Shown here piece by piece: positions 11,701 to 21,384 of a stretch of 35,696 nucleotides of DNA. The stretch's first letter is position 1. Each line of letters opens with the position of its first letter. A program made the translations under genes and the position numbers. The notes beneath the pieces were generated by a model. The model worked only from the letters and a program-made list of their open reading frames with translations, ran no database searches and was not told the DNA's origin. Origin of the DNA: Pachysolen tannophilus NRRL Y-2460 (lineage: Eukaryota); contig KV454014.1 of the NCBI GenBank assembly GCA_001661245.1, forward strand, positions 413,559-449,254. Reading direction: 5' to 3'.

Positions 11701-14412
11701 ATGATACCGCAAAATGCTTACCATTATTCACCTGGAACGGTATTAACTGTTGGATCTCATCGGGCAGTGATTAAGAAATACATTTCTGAAGGAGGATATG
11801 CTCATGTTTATACAGTGGATATTACACCATCTTATAATGGGAGTTCTGTTGCATGTTTGAAAAGAGTTGCAGTGCCTGATAAGGTAACTTTAAATATTTT
11901 AAGGGCAGAAGTTGATGCAATGAAAAGATTGAAAGGACATCGATATATTGTTTCATATATTGATTCTCATGCTGCAAGAATGTCAACAGGCGTTGGATAT
12001 GAAGTATTTGTATTGATGGAATATTGTTCAGGGAATGGGTTGATTGATTTTATGAATACTAGGTTGGTAAATAAATTAACCGAACCTGAAATTTTGAAGA
12101 TAATGTCTGATATTACAGAAGCTCTTTGCATTATGCATGCTTTAAACCCACCATTGATACATAGAGATATCAAGATTGAAAATGTGTTGATATCAGGAAA
12201 TGGTGATTATAAATTATGCGATTTTGGTTCTGCTTCCGGAGTCTTGAGACCTCCGAAAAATATTGAAGAATTTAAAATTTTACAAGAAGATATAATGAGA
12301 CATACTACTGCACAATATAGAGCTCCAGAAATGATTGATTTATATAAAGGTTTCCCAATTGATGAAAAATCGGATATTTGGGCCATGGGTGTTTTCTTAT
12401 ACAAATTATGTTATTATACAACACCTTTTGAAAATAATTCTTTAAATGGTAATGGCCATGCTGGTAATGGTGGAGCAGATTTGGCAATATTGAATGCTAA
12501 ATTCAGTTTTCCTCTTAAACCTGTTTATTCTTCAAGATTGAAAAATGTAATCAAAATCTTATTGACTCCAGATCCAAGATTGAGACCTACTGCACATCAG
12601 TTATTGGAAGAAATATGCAAGATTAGAAATGTTCCAGTACCTGCCATTAAAAAGAAAGAAAATGCTCCTCTGTTGCCAAAGAGGAAAATTCAAAGTTCTT
12701 CATCTTCTCCAATTACTGCGGCCACTACCGCTTCTACCGCTACTTCCGCTACTACTACTTCTACTGCTACTGTTGCCCAGCTGAAACCTTCACCTCCAGT
12801 ACCTAGTAAGGACCCATTTGCTTCAATTGATAGAAGTAAAGTTTTAAATAGTAATAGTACTTCTATATCAGCTCCATCAGCTGATAAGAATAAGAAGATT
12901 ACAAGTACAAAATCAAAAGTTTCGTTACCACACGTGAATAGTTTACCCGAAAAATCAGCATATTTTGATGGTCATCGTTACATATCAACTGAAACTCAAA
13001 CGGACCAGGATGGGTTTATTAGACCAAGACGAATATCACCATCTACATCTTCTCCGCCAAACCAACAGTCACAACAGAGGACATCGCAAGACCTTAAAAG
13101 AAGTCCTCCTAATCAACTCAATCATCACCGGAGACCTGTCAGTATGTATGTTTCTGATAATTATAAAACTTATAGTGGTTCTTCGGATAATATGGAGATT
13201 TTGAAAAATAAGATAACGGGCTCGATGGAAACAGTTGAACTTTCACCAGGATCCAACCAATATATTCAATCAAATATCGAATTTTTAAGAAATTTGAATA
13301 GACAAGATAGTGGTAAATCATGGAGACCTCAAAAAACTGGAGATAGTATTAGTTCCAGGAATGGTGGTGGTTCCATGTCTAGAAATAATACTGGGTTGAG
13401 AAGAATAAGTACTGGGTCTCAGAAAATTAAAAGAAATAGCATTTCAAGTATAAAGAGTATATTTACAGGAGATAAAAAGGAGAAAAAATCTGCTTCAAGT
13501 AGTAGGCATGCAAGTTCAACTCGTGTGAATGAAATGACCGAACATTCATTTAGAAGCAATGATTCTTCTTCTACAAATGGTGCAACATCCATTAATAATA
13601 ATCGATCCACTTCAGCAGATTCTCATTCAGTTTACTCTTCCACATCATCATCTAGTGGATCTTCATTCAGAAAAAGCTCTGATAGTATTTTAGAGATACC
13701 TGAAAAGGAAACTAGCCAATCACCGGTAAGAAAGACTGTTAATTCCAAGACTAAAGCTTCTGATCCTGGATTTTCAAAGATACCAAAGACTGGATCAATT
13801 CAAAAACGTGTACAAATGTTACTCAACCGTAAACAGGATCCACCCCCTGTAAAGACAGCCACCGGTTATGGGAAATATACAAGCTCAGAAGACGTATCAA
13901 CACAACCTCATACAACTTCTTCCTCTACCACATCTTCTAAATCAGAAAACTCGAAATTTAAAAAACCAGAGGTCAAAGTGGGAAACGTGTCCTCGTTAAC
14001 AACATCTTATCATCAGCAACAACAACTATCTCTTTCCAAAAATTCCACTGCATCTACCAACGCTACTATTACTCCACAATCGACTTACGATAAACCAAAT
14101 TATCCAAGTAATCAAACAACCCCTAAAATAGTATCATCCAAACCCCAGATGTCACCATTATCTCTGAAAAATCCACCACCTCCTAAACCGAAGAAACCAG
14201 AGTTTTTAAAATCCCCAAATATCGTACAACATCGTACAAACCATGAAGTGAGGAAAACTTTGTCTCCTAAAGCAGATTCAGGAGGGTTAAGAATTTCTAC
14301 CAAAAAAGAAGCAAATGGGAGAAGATTCAGCAACACAAGTGATTTGAGTATTGATGTGGATGTCGATGATTTAGAAAGACAATTCAGTCTAAAGTTTCCA
14401 AGTGCTGTATAA
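11701..14412 (+). CDS. PRK1: Ark1/Prk1-family (NAK) actin-regulating Ser/Thr kinase
   Basis: ISEGGYAHVY, ACLKRV, HRDIKIEN, DFGSA and TTAQYRAPEMIDLY motifs. The Ser/Thr-rich tail has a PPPPKPKKP SH3-ligand motif and ends DLERQFSLKFPSAV. Confidence 0.88.
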   Translation: MIPQNAYHYSPGTVLTVGSHRAVIKKYISEGGYAHVYTVDITPSYNGSSVACLKRVAVPDKVTLNILRAEVDAMKRLKGHRYIVSYIDSHAARMSTGVGYEVFVLMEYCSGNGLIDFMNTRLVNKLTEPEILKIMSDITEALCIMHALNPPLIHRDIKIENVLISGNGDYKLCDFGSASGVLRPPKNIEEFKILQEDIMRHTTAQYRAPEMIDLYKGFPIDEKSDIWAMGVFLYKLCYYTTPFENNSLNGNGHAGNGGADLAILNAKFSFPLKPVYSSRLKNVIKILLTPDPRLRPTAHQLLEEICKIRNVPVPAIKKKENAPLLPKRKIQSSSSSPITAATTASTATSATTTSTATVAQLKPSPPVPSKDPFASIDRSKVLNSNSTSISAPSADKNKKITSTKSKVSLPHVNSLPEKSAYFDGHRYISTETQTDQDGFIRPRRISPSTSSPPNQQSQQRTSQDLKRSPPNQLNHHRRPVSMYVSDNYKTYSGSSDNMEILKNKITGSMETVELSPGSNQYIQSNIEFLRNLNRQDSGKSWRPQKTGDSISSRNGGGSMSRNNTGLRRISTGSQKIKRNSISSIKSIFTGDKKEKKSASSSRHASSTRVNEMTEHSFRSNDSSSTNGATSINNNRSTSADSHSVYSSTSSSSGSSFRKSSDSILEIPEKETSQSPVRKTVNSKTKASDPGFSKIPKTGSIQKRVQMLLNRKQDPPPVKTATGYGKYTSSEDVSTQPHTTSSSTTSSKSENSKFKKPEVKVGNVSSLTTSYHQQQQLSLSKNSTASTNATITPQSTYDKPNYPSNQTTPKIVSSKPQMSPLSLKNPPPPKPKKPEFLKSPNIVQHRTNHEVRKTLSPKADSGGLRISTKKEANGRRFSNTSDLSIDVDVDDLERQFSLKFPSAV

Positions 14413-14877
14413 CTTGAACCGAAATATTACTTGTTTATATGAACTTTTCTTTTTTGACTAGCTATTGATCGATATACATAATTCTGCGTATGCATGATAA
14501 TCATTATAGTTTCAGATACATGATTTACAGCTTGTTCTCAAAAGATTCAAATTATAGTCAATAGTGAGTATAGCTTAGATTTTAATTTTAATTTACATCG
14601 GAGATCAAGAATTGATCCATCTCGTGAATAAAAAATGTTAATTTGTAGTAAAAATTCTAGTGCTAAAGAATCCTTGTTAGCTGCATGTTAAAACGGTCTT
14701 TAAAGGCTTACACAAAAATACCAAAAAGTGAATCCAGCAGCCAATTGAAATCTGGAAAACTGCGGTCCAAGACTTTAACTAACACAAGATTGATTATTGA
14801 TTATTGATTACCATACTTTAAAAAAAATAAGAATAAGTAGAAAAAAAAAAAAAAGAAAAAGAGATTCATTTCCCAAA

Positions 14878-15945
14878 TCATAAAGTGACAACAAGTTTTG
14901 TTGTTACTTTTTTACAAGGAGCACCATTTGTAATTCTGCTATCCATCCTTTCCCTTAGAGTTTCAAGAGCAAACTGGAAAGATTCTAAACCTTTTCCAAT
15001 AACCTCTGGTTCAGGAGAAGCAACATATTTTCCTTTTTCCAATACTTCTTCCAAGAATTTAAAGGCATATTTGCCAATATCACTATCAGGAAAAGGACTT
15101 GCAACATAAAATTCACCTGTAACACCTTCAACAGAATCTTCAGGTTCAATAGGACCAACACATGAAAGATAGTGTTTAACACCTTGAGATTTGCTAAGAA
15201 CATGAGCACAAAGTCTTGGAGACCCACGGTTGGTTCCCAAAGCACCAGCTACAGTCTTCCCTTCAAAAGCCTTGATCAAATCTTCAATAACCGTCTCACT
15301 TTTATAGTCAAAAACCTCACTAGCACCTAGTTTCTTGACATAGTCAAAATTCATTGGTGATGCAGTGGTAATGACCTTATATCCAGCAAATATAGCAAGC
15401 TGAATAGCATTACTACCAACACTCGAAGAGCCACCACCAATGAAAACATATTTACCAGTTGGAGCTATAGTTGGAGAAGGGTATTGAAGTCCACAATTCT
15501 TTTCATCAAATAATCCATAAGCTGCAGTAACAAACGGTAATGGAATAACACTGGCGCTTTCATACGAAATAGAACTAGGAATATGAGAAACAAGGTGTTC
15601 TAACACAGGAGAATAATCTTGGAAAGCAGAGCTCGTAGATCCACTACCTAACCCATTACAATAGGCTAACACACGATCACCCTTTTTAAACCTAGTAACA
15701 TCAGTTCCAACTTCAACAACTTCACCTGCAATATCACTTCCTAAAATATGGGGGAACTTAAGCGAAGGAAACAAATCAGTTCCTAATACCGGAATAACAC
15801 AATCCACTAAATTGATGGCCACTGCTGCATTTTTAATGAGGATTTCATTTGGTGCAGGCGACTTATATGGAGATTCGTAAATTTTTAAAGGCAATCCTTT
15901 ACCATCTAACCAAGCAGCTCTATTTACTGGTTTTACTGGTGACAT
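14878..15945 (-). CDS. MDR-superfamily NAD(P)-dependent oxidoreductase (enoyl-reductase-like / CipB-like)
   Basis: NRAAWL...PNEILIKNAAVAINLVD, ILGSDIAGEVVEVG, GGGSSSVGSNAIQLA nucleotide-binding motif and C-terminal KLVVTL. The GHE catalytic-zinc motif is absent. Confidence 0.9.
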   Translation of the reverse strand: MSPVKPVNRAAWLDGKGLPLKIYESPYKSPAPNEILIKNAAVAINLVDCVIPVLGTDLFPSLKFPHILGSDIAGEVVEVGTDVTRFKKGDRVLAYCNGLGSGSTSSAFQDYSPVLEHLVSHIPSSISYESASVIPLPFVTAAYGLFDEKNCGLQYPSPTIAPTGKYVFIGGGSSSVGSNAIQLAIFAGYKVITTASPMNFDYVKKLGASEVFDYKSETVIEDLIKAFEGKTVAGALGTNRGSPRLCAHVLSKSQGVKHYLSCVGPIEPEDSVEGVTGEFYVASPFPDSDIGKYAFKFLEEVLEKGKYVASPEPEVIGKGLESFQFALETLRERMDSRITNGAPCKKVTTKLVVTL

Positions 15946-16016
15946 TATTTTATAATTTATTTTCTTTCTTTTAAAAGCAAAAATTACTTTTAAACCTTTC
16001 TACAATAGAGCAACCA

Positions 16017-16308
16017 TTTAGAATTGATATGGGTTGACATGATTTAAATATGATTTTTAAAACGTATTTAGCGGAGTTAATGATGATTATTAATCAGATA
16101 GAATCATTTAGAAGAATGGTCTTTAGCTCTTGGAATTACTATTATAGAATAAATATCGTTATTTGCTAATTTATTTTATAGTATATAATAAAAGTATTAA
16201 ATCCGATGCAAATATAAATGTTGAAATATTGCAATTGATATTTTTATATAAAAAGTAAATTATCATTTAGGTAAATCCTGATACTATTTTCCATCAGAAG
16301 TTAAGTAA
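16017..16308. repeat. Copy 1 of a diverged direct repeat (promoter of the oxidoreductase gene)
   Basis: Collinear blocks shared with 18107-18476: TTTAGAATTGAT, CGTATTTAGCGGAGTTAA (16063-16080), AAATCCGATRCAAATAYAAA (16199-16218) and AATTATCATTTAGGTAAATCCTGATACT (16258-16285). Confidence 0.92.
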
Positions 16309-16478
16309 AGGTTACTGAAACATTCTAACAGTAACGGTAACTAAACTCAATTTAATGAAGTTCAATTAAAAATCTATAAATAATATATTTCTTGTACCTT
16401 TTATAATGAATGCTATATAATCTTGTTAAGCAATAGTACAAATGATATTTTATTTTTGGTAACTTAATTTCTATCAAT

Positions 16479-18059
16479 TCAATTAACATCGGTCCACCCG
16501 AACGGTGATCTGCTTCTCAAGTAAGCTCCATATTTATAAAAAATAAATGGCATAGGTATTAAAGCAGTTGCACAAAATGCTAATAACGTTGTAGCCCAAT
16601 GAATACCTAATTTTTCATACATTTGTAAAGTGAATAATGGGAATACACCAGCCATCACTGATCTAACTAAACTGTTAGCAGCCATTCCACTAGCAGCAAA
16701 TAGTCTATAAGCATCGACTGTATAAGTAAATATTCCAGTGAAAATTAATACGGTTCCAAAACCATAGAGTACAGAACCTATAAGTGGGCCTATCCAAAAA
16801 CAATTTGGAAATGATGTCCATGCCAAGATGAATAGACCAATTGAAATGAAAACTGAGCCTATCATAACTTGTGGTAACCTAAATTCGGGCTCATGTTTAC
16901 CGTTGTTTCTTTTTACTTGCATTTGGTAAAGTTTCTGAAGAAAAGGTGCTGAAGGTAATAAAAATACTATTCCTACAATTAATCCCATAAAGGATAAACC
17001 TTGACCAATGATTCCAAATCCATAAACTTCACTGAAAATATATGGGAATGAAACGAAAAACATATAAACAATTGCCATTATCAATCCAGAATAAAAACAT
17101 AAAGACAGCATCATTGGATCTCTTGTTAAGAGTAATAAAGGTCTCTTTGATGATAAAATAGTTGATTGAAACAATGTTAAAGGAGTTCTTTCTAAAGGAG
17201 CATACAACATTTCATTACCAGTTTCCTTTCTCAATCTAATTGCCTTTCTCTTTATCAAAACTGGTACATAAGTTTCAGGAACAAGTAAAATAACTGCAAC
17301 TAATACTGCACCAGAGAATATTAACATTACATGGAAAGTCCATTTGAAATATATAGAAGAATTTATAGCTGCTGATATCAATGGGCCTAAAGAAGGTCCC
17401 AAAAATGGCATGATTGAATAAACTACCATAGCTGTACCTATTTGATCTTTATCAAACATATCTGAAATTGTTCCAGATGAAACTGATAAAAAAGCACTTC
17501 CAGAAAATCCTGTCATAAACCTACTAAAAAGTACTCCTCCAATATTATCACAAAAAGATGCAATTAATTGAAAGCATACAACAAAAAATAAACCACCAAC
17601 ATAAGTCAATCTGCGTCCATGATATTCACTTATTGGAGAAAGAAATGTAGGCCCAAAACCAAACCCAAATACATATAACGATATTCCAAGAATTGAAACT
17701 TCATGACCAATGTGGAAATATTCCATGATATGGTCTGTAGCCATTGACCAACAAGATGAGATCATGGTGATACACAAAGCCGATAATGAAATAACCAAAG
17801 TTATTATCCATTTTCGAATAGAAGATAAATTTTTAGGATCTGCAAGATCATTTGGACCATCAAAACTCACTTCATTAGGATCTTTACCTTCAAATACCGC
17901 TAAAGATGGAATTTCTTCCAGAGGATTATAAACAGGTACATTTCCTTGATCATATGTATTCCTTTCTTGTTTTCCTACTTCTCTAGGTTCTTGTATTTGT
18001 AAGTCTGAATCTGAACTGGTTTTCTCAATTTCTTCTCTTAAGTCTATTATTGATGACAT
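16479..18059 (-). CDS. YHK8: MFS drug:H+ antiporter, DHA1 family (Yhk8-like)
   Basis: About 12 TM segments; FDGPNDLADPKNLS..RKW, SPISEYHGRR, VPETYVPVLIKRKAIRLRKETG, PEFRL and YTVDAYRLFAASGMAAN motifs, with C-terminal LRSRSPFGW. The track start at 18068 is TTG; the ATG is at 18059. Confidence 0.85.
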   Translation of the reverse strand: MSSIIDLREEIEKTSSDSDLQIQEPREVGKQERNTYDQGNVPVYNPLEEIPSLAVFEGKDPNEVSFDGPNDLADPKNLSSIRKWIITLVISLSALCITMISSCWSMATDHIMEYFHIGHEVSILGISLYVFGFGFGPTFLSPISEYHGRRLTYVGGLFFVVCFQLIASFCDNIGGVLFSRFMTGFSGSAFLSVSSGTISDMFDKDQIGTAMVVYSIMPFLGPSLGPLISAAINSSIYFKWTFHVMLIFSGAVLVAVILLVPETYVPVLIKRKAIRLRKETGNEMLYAPLERTPLTLFQSTILSSKRPLLLLTRDPMMLSLCFYSGLIMAIVYMFFVSFPYIFSEVYGFGIIGQGLSFMGLIVGIVFLLPSAPFLQKLYQMQVKRNNGKHEPEFRLPQVMIGSVFISIGLFILAWTSFPNCFWIGPLIGSVLYGFGTVLIFTGIFTYTVDAYRLFAASGMAANSLVRSVMAGVFPLFTLQMYEKLGIHWATTLLAFCATALIPMPFIFYKYGAYLRSRSPFGWTDVN

Positions 18060-18106
18060 ATATTTCAAGTGTTCCCCAGCATCTCAAGAAAGAAAAACAG
18101 ATACAG

Positions 18107-18476
18107 TTTAGAATTGATGAGACTTAAATATAATTTCCAATCCGTATTTAGCGGAGTTAACATTAATAATCAAATAGCAGTAGCATTGCATTTCCATTTT
18201 TTATAATAATCAAACTCTTGAAGTGAGTCACAATTATAAATTTTATATATATCGTTAGTTGTTATCCTATAGAATTAGTATTCCGAGGAGAAAAGAAATC
18301 CGATACAAATACAAACTTTTGCAAACGTGGTTTCCAGCAAATGTCGAAATCTTCGTCATTAATATTTAATTTAGAAAAAGGAAAAAAGATATTTATATCT
18401 AATTGAAATTATTTAATTATCATTTAGGTAAATCCTGATACTGTTTTTTATTAAAAGTTTTTTTTTTTTTTAGTAA
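18107..18476. repeat. Copy 2 of the diverged direct repeat (promoter of the MFS gene)
   Basis: The same blocks occur at 18107-18118, 18143-18160, 18296-18315 and 18415-18442, in the same order and orientation as copy 1. Confidence 0.92.
18470..18476. promoter_or_regulatory. Candidate Yap1/Cap1 response element (TTAGTAA = TTACTAA on minus strand)
   Basis: Exact YRE consensus ~410 bp upstream of a DHA1 transporter ATG. It is a short motif in AT-rich DNA, so chance occurrence is possible. Confidence 0.35.
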
Positions 18477-18480
18477 TTAT

Positions 18481-18943
18481 NNNNNNNNNNNNNNNNNNNN
18501 NNNNNNNNNNNNNNNNNNNNNNNNNNNNNNNNNNNNNNNNNNNNNNNNNNNNNNNNNNNNNNNNNNNNNNNNNNNNNNNNNNNNNNNNNNNNNNNNNNNN
18601 NNNNNNNNNNNNNNNNNNNNNNNNNNNNNNNNNNNNNNNNNNNNNNNNNNNNNNNNNNNNNNNNNNNNNNNNNNNNNNNNNNNNNNNNNNNNNNNNNNNN
18701 NNNNNNNNNNNNNNNNNNNNNNNNNNNNNNNNNNNNNNNNNNNNNNNNNNNNNNNNNNNNNNNNNNNNNNNNNNNNNNNNNNNNNNNNNNNNNNNNNNNN
18801 NNNNNNNNNNNNNNNNNNNNNNNNNNNNNNNNNNNNNNNNNNNNNNNNNNNNNNNNNNNNNNNNNNNNNNNNNNNNNNNNNNNNNNNNNNNNNNNNNNNN
18901 NNNNNNNNNNNNNNNNNNNNNNNNNNNNNNNNNNNNNNNNNNN
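18481..18943. other. Assembly gap (463 N)
   Basis: Run of N. Confidence 1.
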
Positions 18944-19034
18944 TTTTTTTTTAGTAATTAAATTAAAAAAAAAAAAAAATTTAAAAAATTTTTAAAACAA
19001 AATTTAAACAAAAAAAAGAGGGAACAAAAAGAAT

Positions 19035-20749
19035 CTAATTCTTCAAAACTTTTTTAACAATTTGTTCAACTTCATCCCAGTCATCAGTTGGGACTCTAGT
19101 CATTTCGACGTTACCAAAATAGTCCCTAATAGCCATCAATGTTTCATATGATTGTTTATCATGAACAAAAGATACACTTACACCAACTCTACCAAATCTA
19201 CCTGTTCTCCCAATTCTATGTAAATAAGTTGAAGGATCTGGTCTTCCCTGTCTATCAACTGGTAAATCATAATTTACTACCATTGAAACTGATGGGATAT
19301 CTATTCCTCTTGCTAAAACATTTGTGGTGATTAAAACTTTTGATCTACCTTCACGAAAATCATCAATTAATCTATCTCTTTCTGTAGTTTCTAAATCACC
19401 ATGTAATATTGTTACTGTATGTCCTTCTTCTTTCATTTTTTTATATAACATATTTGCAGTTTCTTTTCTTTGAACAAATATAATAGAAGATCCAATAGTT
19501 AATAATCCATATAATTCACACAAGACTGTAAATTTATGATTTTCATCATTACAATCCATATATAATTGTTTTATTGCATCAACATTTAATTCTTCATGTT
19601 TTAATTCTAAAGAATTTGCATTTGGTACAAATTTTTCAGCATATTTTCTAACTTTATCTGGGAAAGTTGCAGAAAATAAAACTAATTGAACATCTTTTTT
19701 TAATAATTTTTTTGCTCTAACACATTGATCACCTAAACCTTGTTGATCCAACATATTATCTGCTTCATCCAAGACAAATATTTTAACTTGACTTGTATCT
19801 ATTTGTTTTCTTCTTGCTAAATCAATAACAGTACCTGGAGTTCCAACAACTATATGAGAAGTTACAGCAGTATCTCTTGGTACAGCATTTGGAACTGCCA
19901 ATTGTGTTTTTATCTTTGTAAATTTACTCATTTCAGCAATAACTTCTAAAGTTTGCCTTGCCAATTCTCTAGCTGGAGATAAACAAATGGCTTGAACTGC
20001 ATTTACATTTTCATCTACTCTTGAAAGCATTGTTAATGAAAAAGCAGCAGTTTTACCAGTACCTGATTGAGATTGTCCAATAAAATTACGAGGAGGACTA
20101 GATAATAATAAAGGTAAAGCTTTTTCTTGAATCTTTGAAGGTTTTTGAAATTTCATTGCATATAAACCTTTTAACAATTCTGGTTTTAATCCTAATTCAT
20201 CAAATGATTTTACAGAATATAATGGAGAATTTGGATCTGCTTGTAAATCAACTAATTTAACTTTAACTTCATATGATGATTTAATAAGGTTAGATTCAAT
20301 TTCAGCTTGACCTTCAGATTCATTTCCATTTCCATCTCCATTTTTAGTAGTAGTTTTTATCAGTTCTTCCTTTGGTTTCTCATCAATAGTATTTCCAGTT
20401 GTTACAATTTTTTTTCCTCCATCTTTCTCAGATCCATTTATTCCATCATCTAATTTAGTTTCTCCCTCTTGTTGTTTTTCCAATGACAACGAAGATAACA
20501 AAGTTGCTGCATCAGTAGCTGCTCTTTCGTCTATATTAAAAAAAAAATACAAAAAATATTAATATCATTCTTTTTTATAAAATAATTAAAACTGAATTTA
20601 ATTTAAGCGCCGTTTAAATATATATATAAATCTTGATTTATTTTTTTTTTTGGATCCAATTACAAATCAATAAAATACTCAACCCATCATCAAAGGCGCT
20701 TTCAAAAAATCAAATCAATTCACTCATTCAATAATAACTTACCAGACAT
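19035..20749 (-). CDS. DBP5: DEAD-box mRNA export helicase; exons 20749-20743 and 20530-19035 (500 aa)
   Basis: [28 protein letters not shown] and [10 protein letters not shown] motifs. ATG TCT G|GTAAGT...TAG|AC GAA splices in frame to give MSDERAA. Confidence 0.96.
20531..20742 (-). other. Spliceosomal intron in DBP5 (212 nt)
   Basis: GTAAGT donor, TATTAAT putative branchpoint (20564-20558), T-rich tract and TAG acceptor. Splicing restores an ATG start. Confidence 0.88.
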
Positions 20750-20878
20750 ATTCAAATTCTTTAACTACTTTTTTTCTTTTCCCCAATCTCTTTAATAAAT
20801 TAATTTATTAAAAAGTATTTGTTCTTCTTGTTCTTCTTCTTCTTCTTCTTCTTTTTCCTGTTTACAATTTCTCAAATG

Positions 20879-21201
20879 GCGATGAATTTGAAAAAAAAAA
20901 AGAAAAATTTCCAATTTGAGCCTTTTTAATTTTGTAAACACGACACAAATTTAAGAAATTCAAAAATTAATAGGACTTGTTTTTACGCATGTGATAATAA
21001 CAAATAATGTTAATAATTATAGATTAATTTAAAAGAATGAAATTGTTAAATCATTTAAAAAATACTATAGACTTGTAGGTTAAAAGTTAAAGTATTATCT
21101 AGAAATAAATTTAAAATCAAACAAAAAGATTTCTCTAATGGTTTTGTCCAGAATAAGTAAATAACTCTCAGCGTAAACTCCATCACTAACTAAATTTTTC
21201 A
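20879..21201. promoter_or_regulatory. PAC-like (GCGATGA, 20879) and RRPE-like (AAATTTTTCA, 21192) elements in the DBP5/MRP1 divergent promoter
   Basis: Near-consensus matches to ribosome-biogenesis regulon motifs GCGATGAG and TGAAAAWTTT, with flanking poly(dA) tracts. Confidence 0.4.
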
Positions 21202-21384
21202 TTTTTTTAATTTTTTTTACCGATTTTTCACGTAAAACAAAAGAAGAAGAGAAAAATGTCCATAAAAAAAAAAAAATTTCAATCTAGGCGGGTATTATAT
21301 ATTGAATAGAACCAACTGATATTGGAAATTTTTTTTTTTTTTTTTGGCTTTTTTTTCTTTGGGGCCATTTAAGTGATTATTGTC

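Noticed and set aside
16265..16276. ATTTAGGTAAAT (also near 3403 and 18422) as a Brg1 MGGTAM site linking the module to the GATA gene
   Set aside because: The motif is short and AT-rich, and the third copy lies between convergent genes. It is too weak to claim.
16017..18476. LTR pair or composite transposon around the MFS gene
   Set aside because: No TG...CA termini, target-site duplication, primer-binding site or transposase/gag-pol was seen. The repeats occupy promoter positions.
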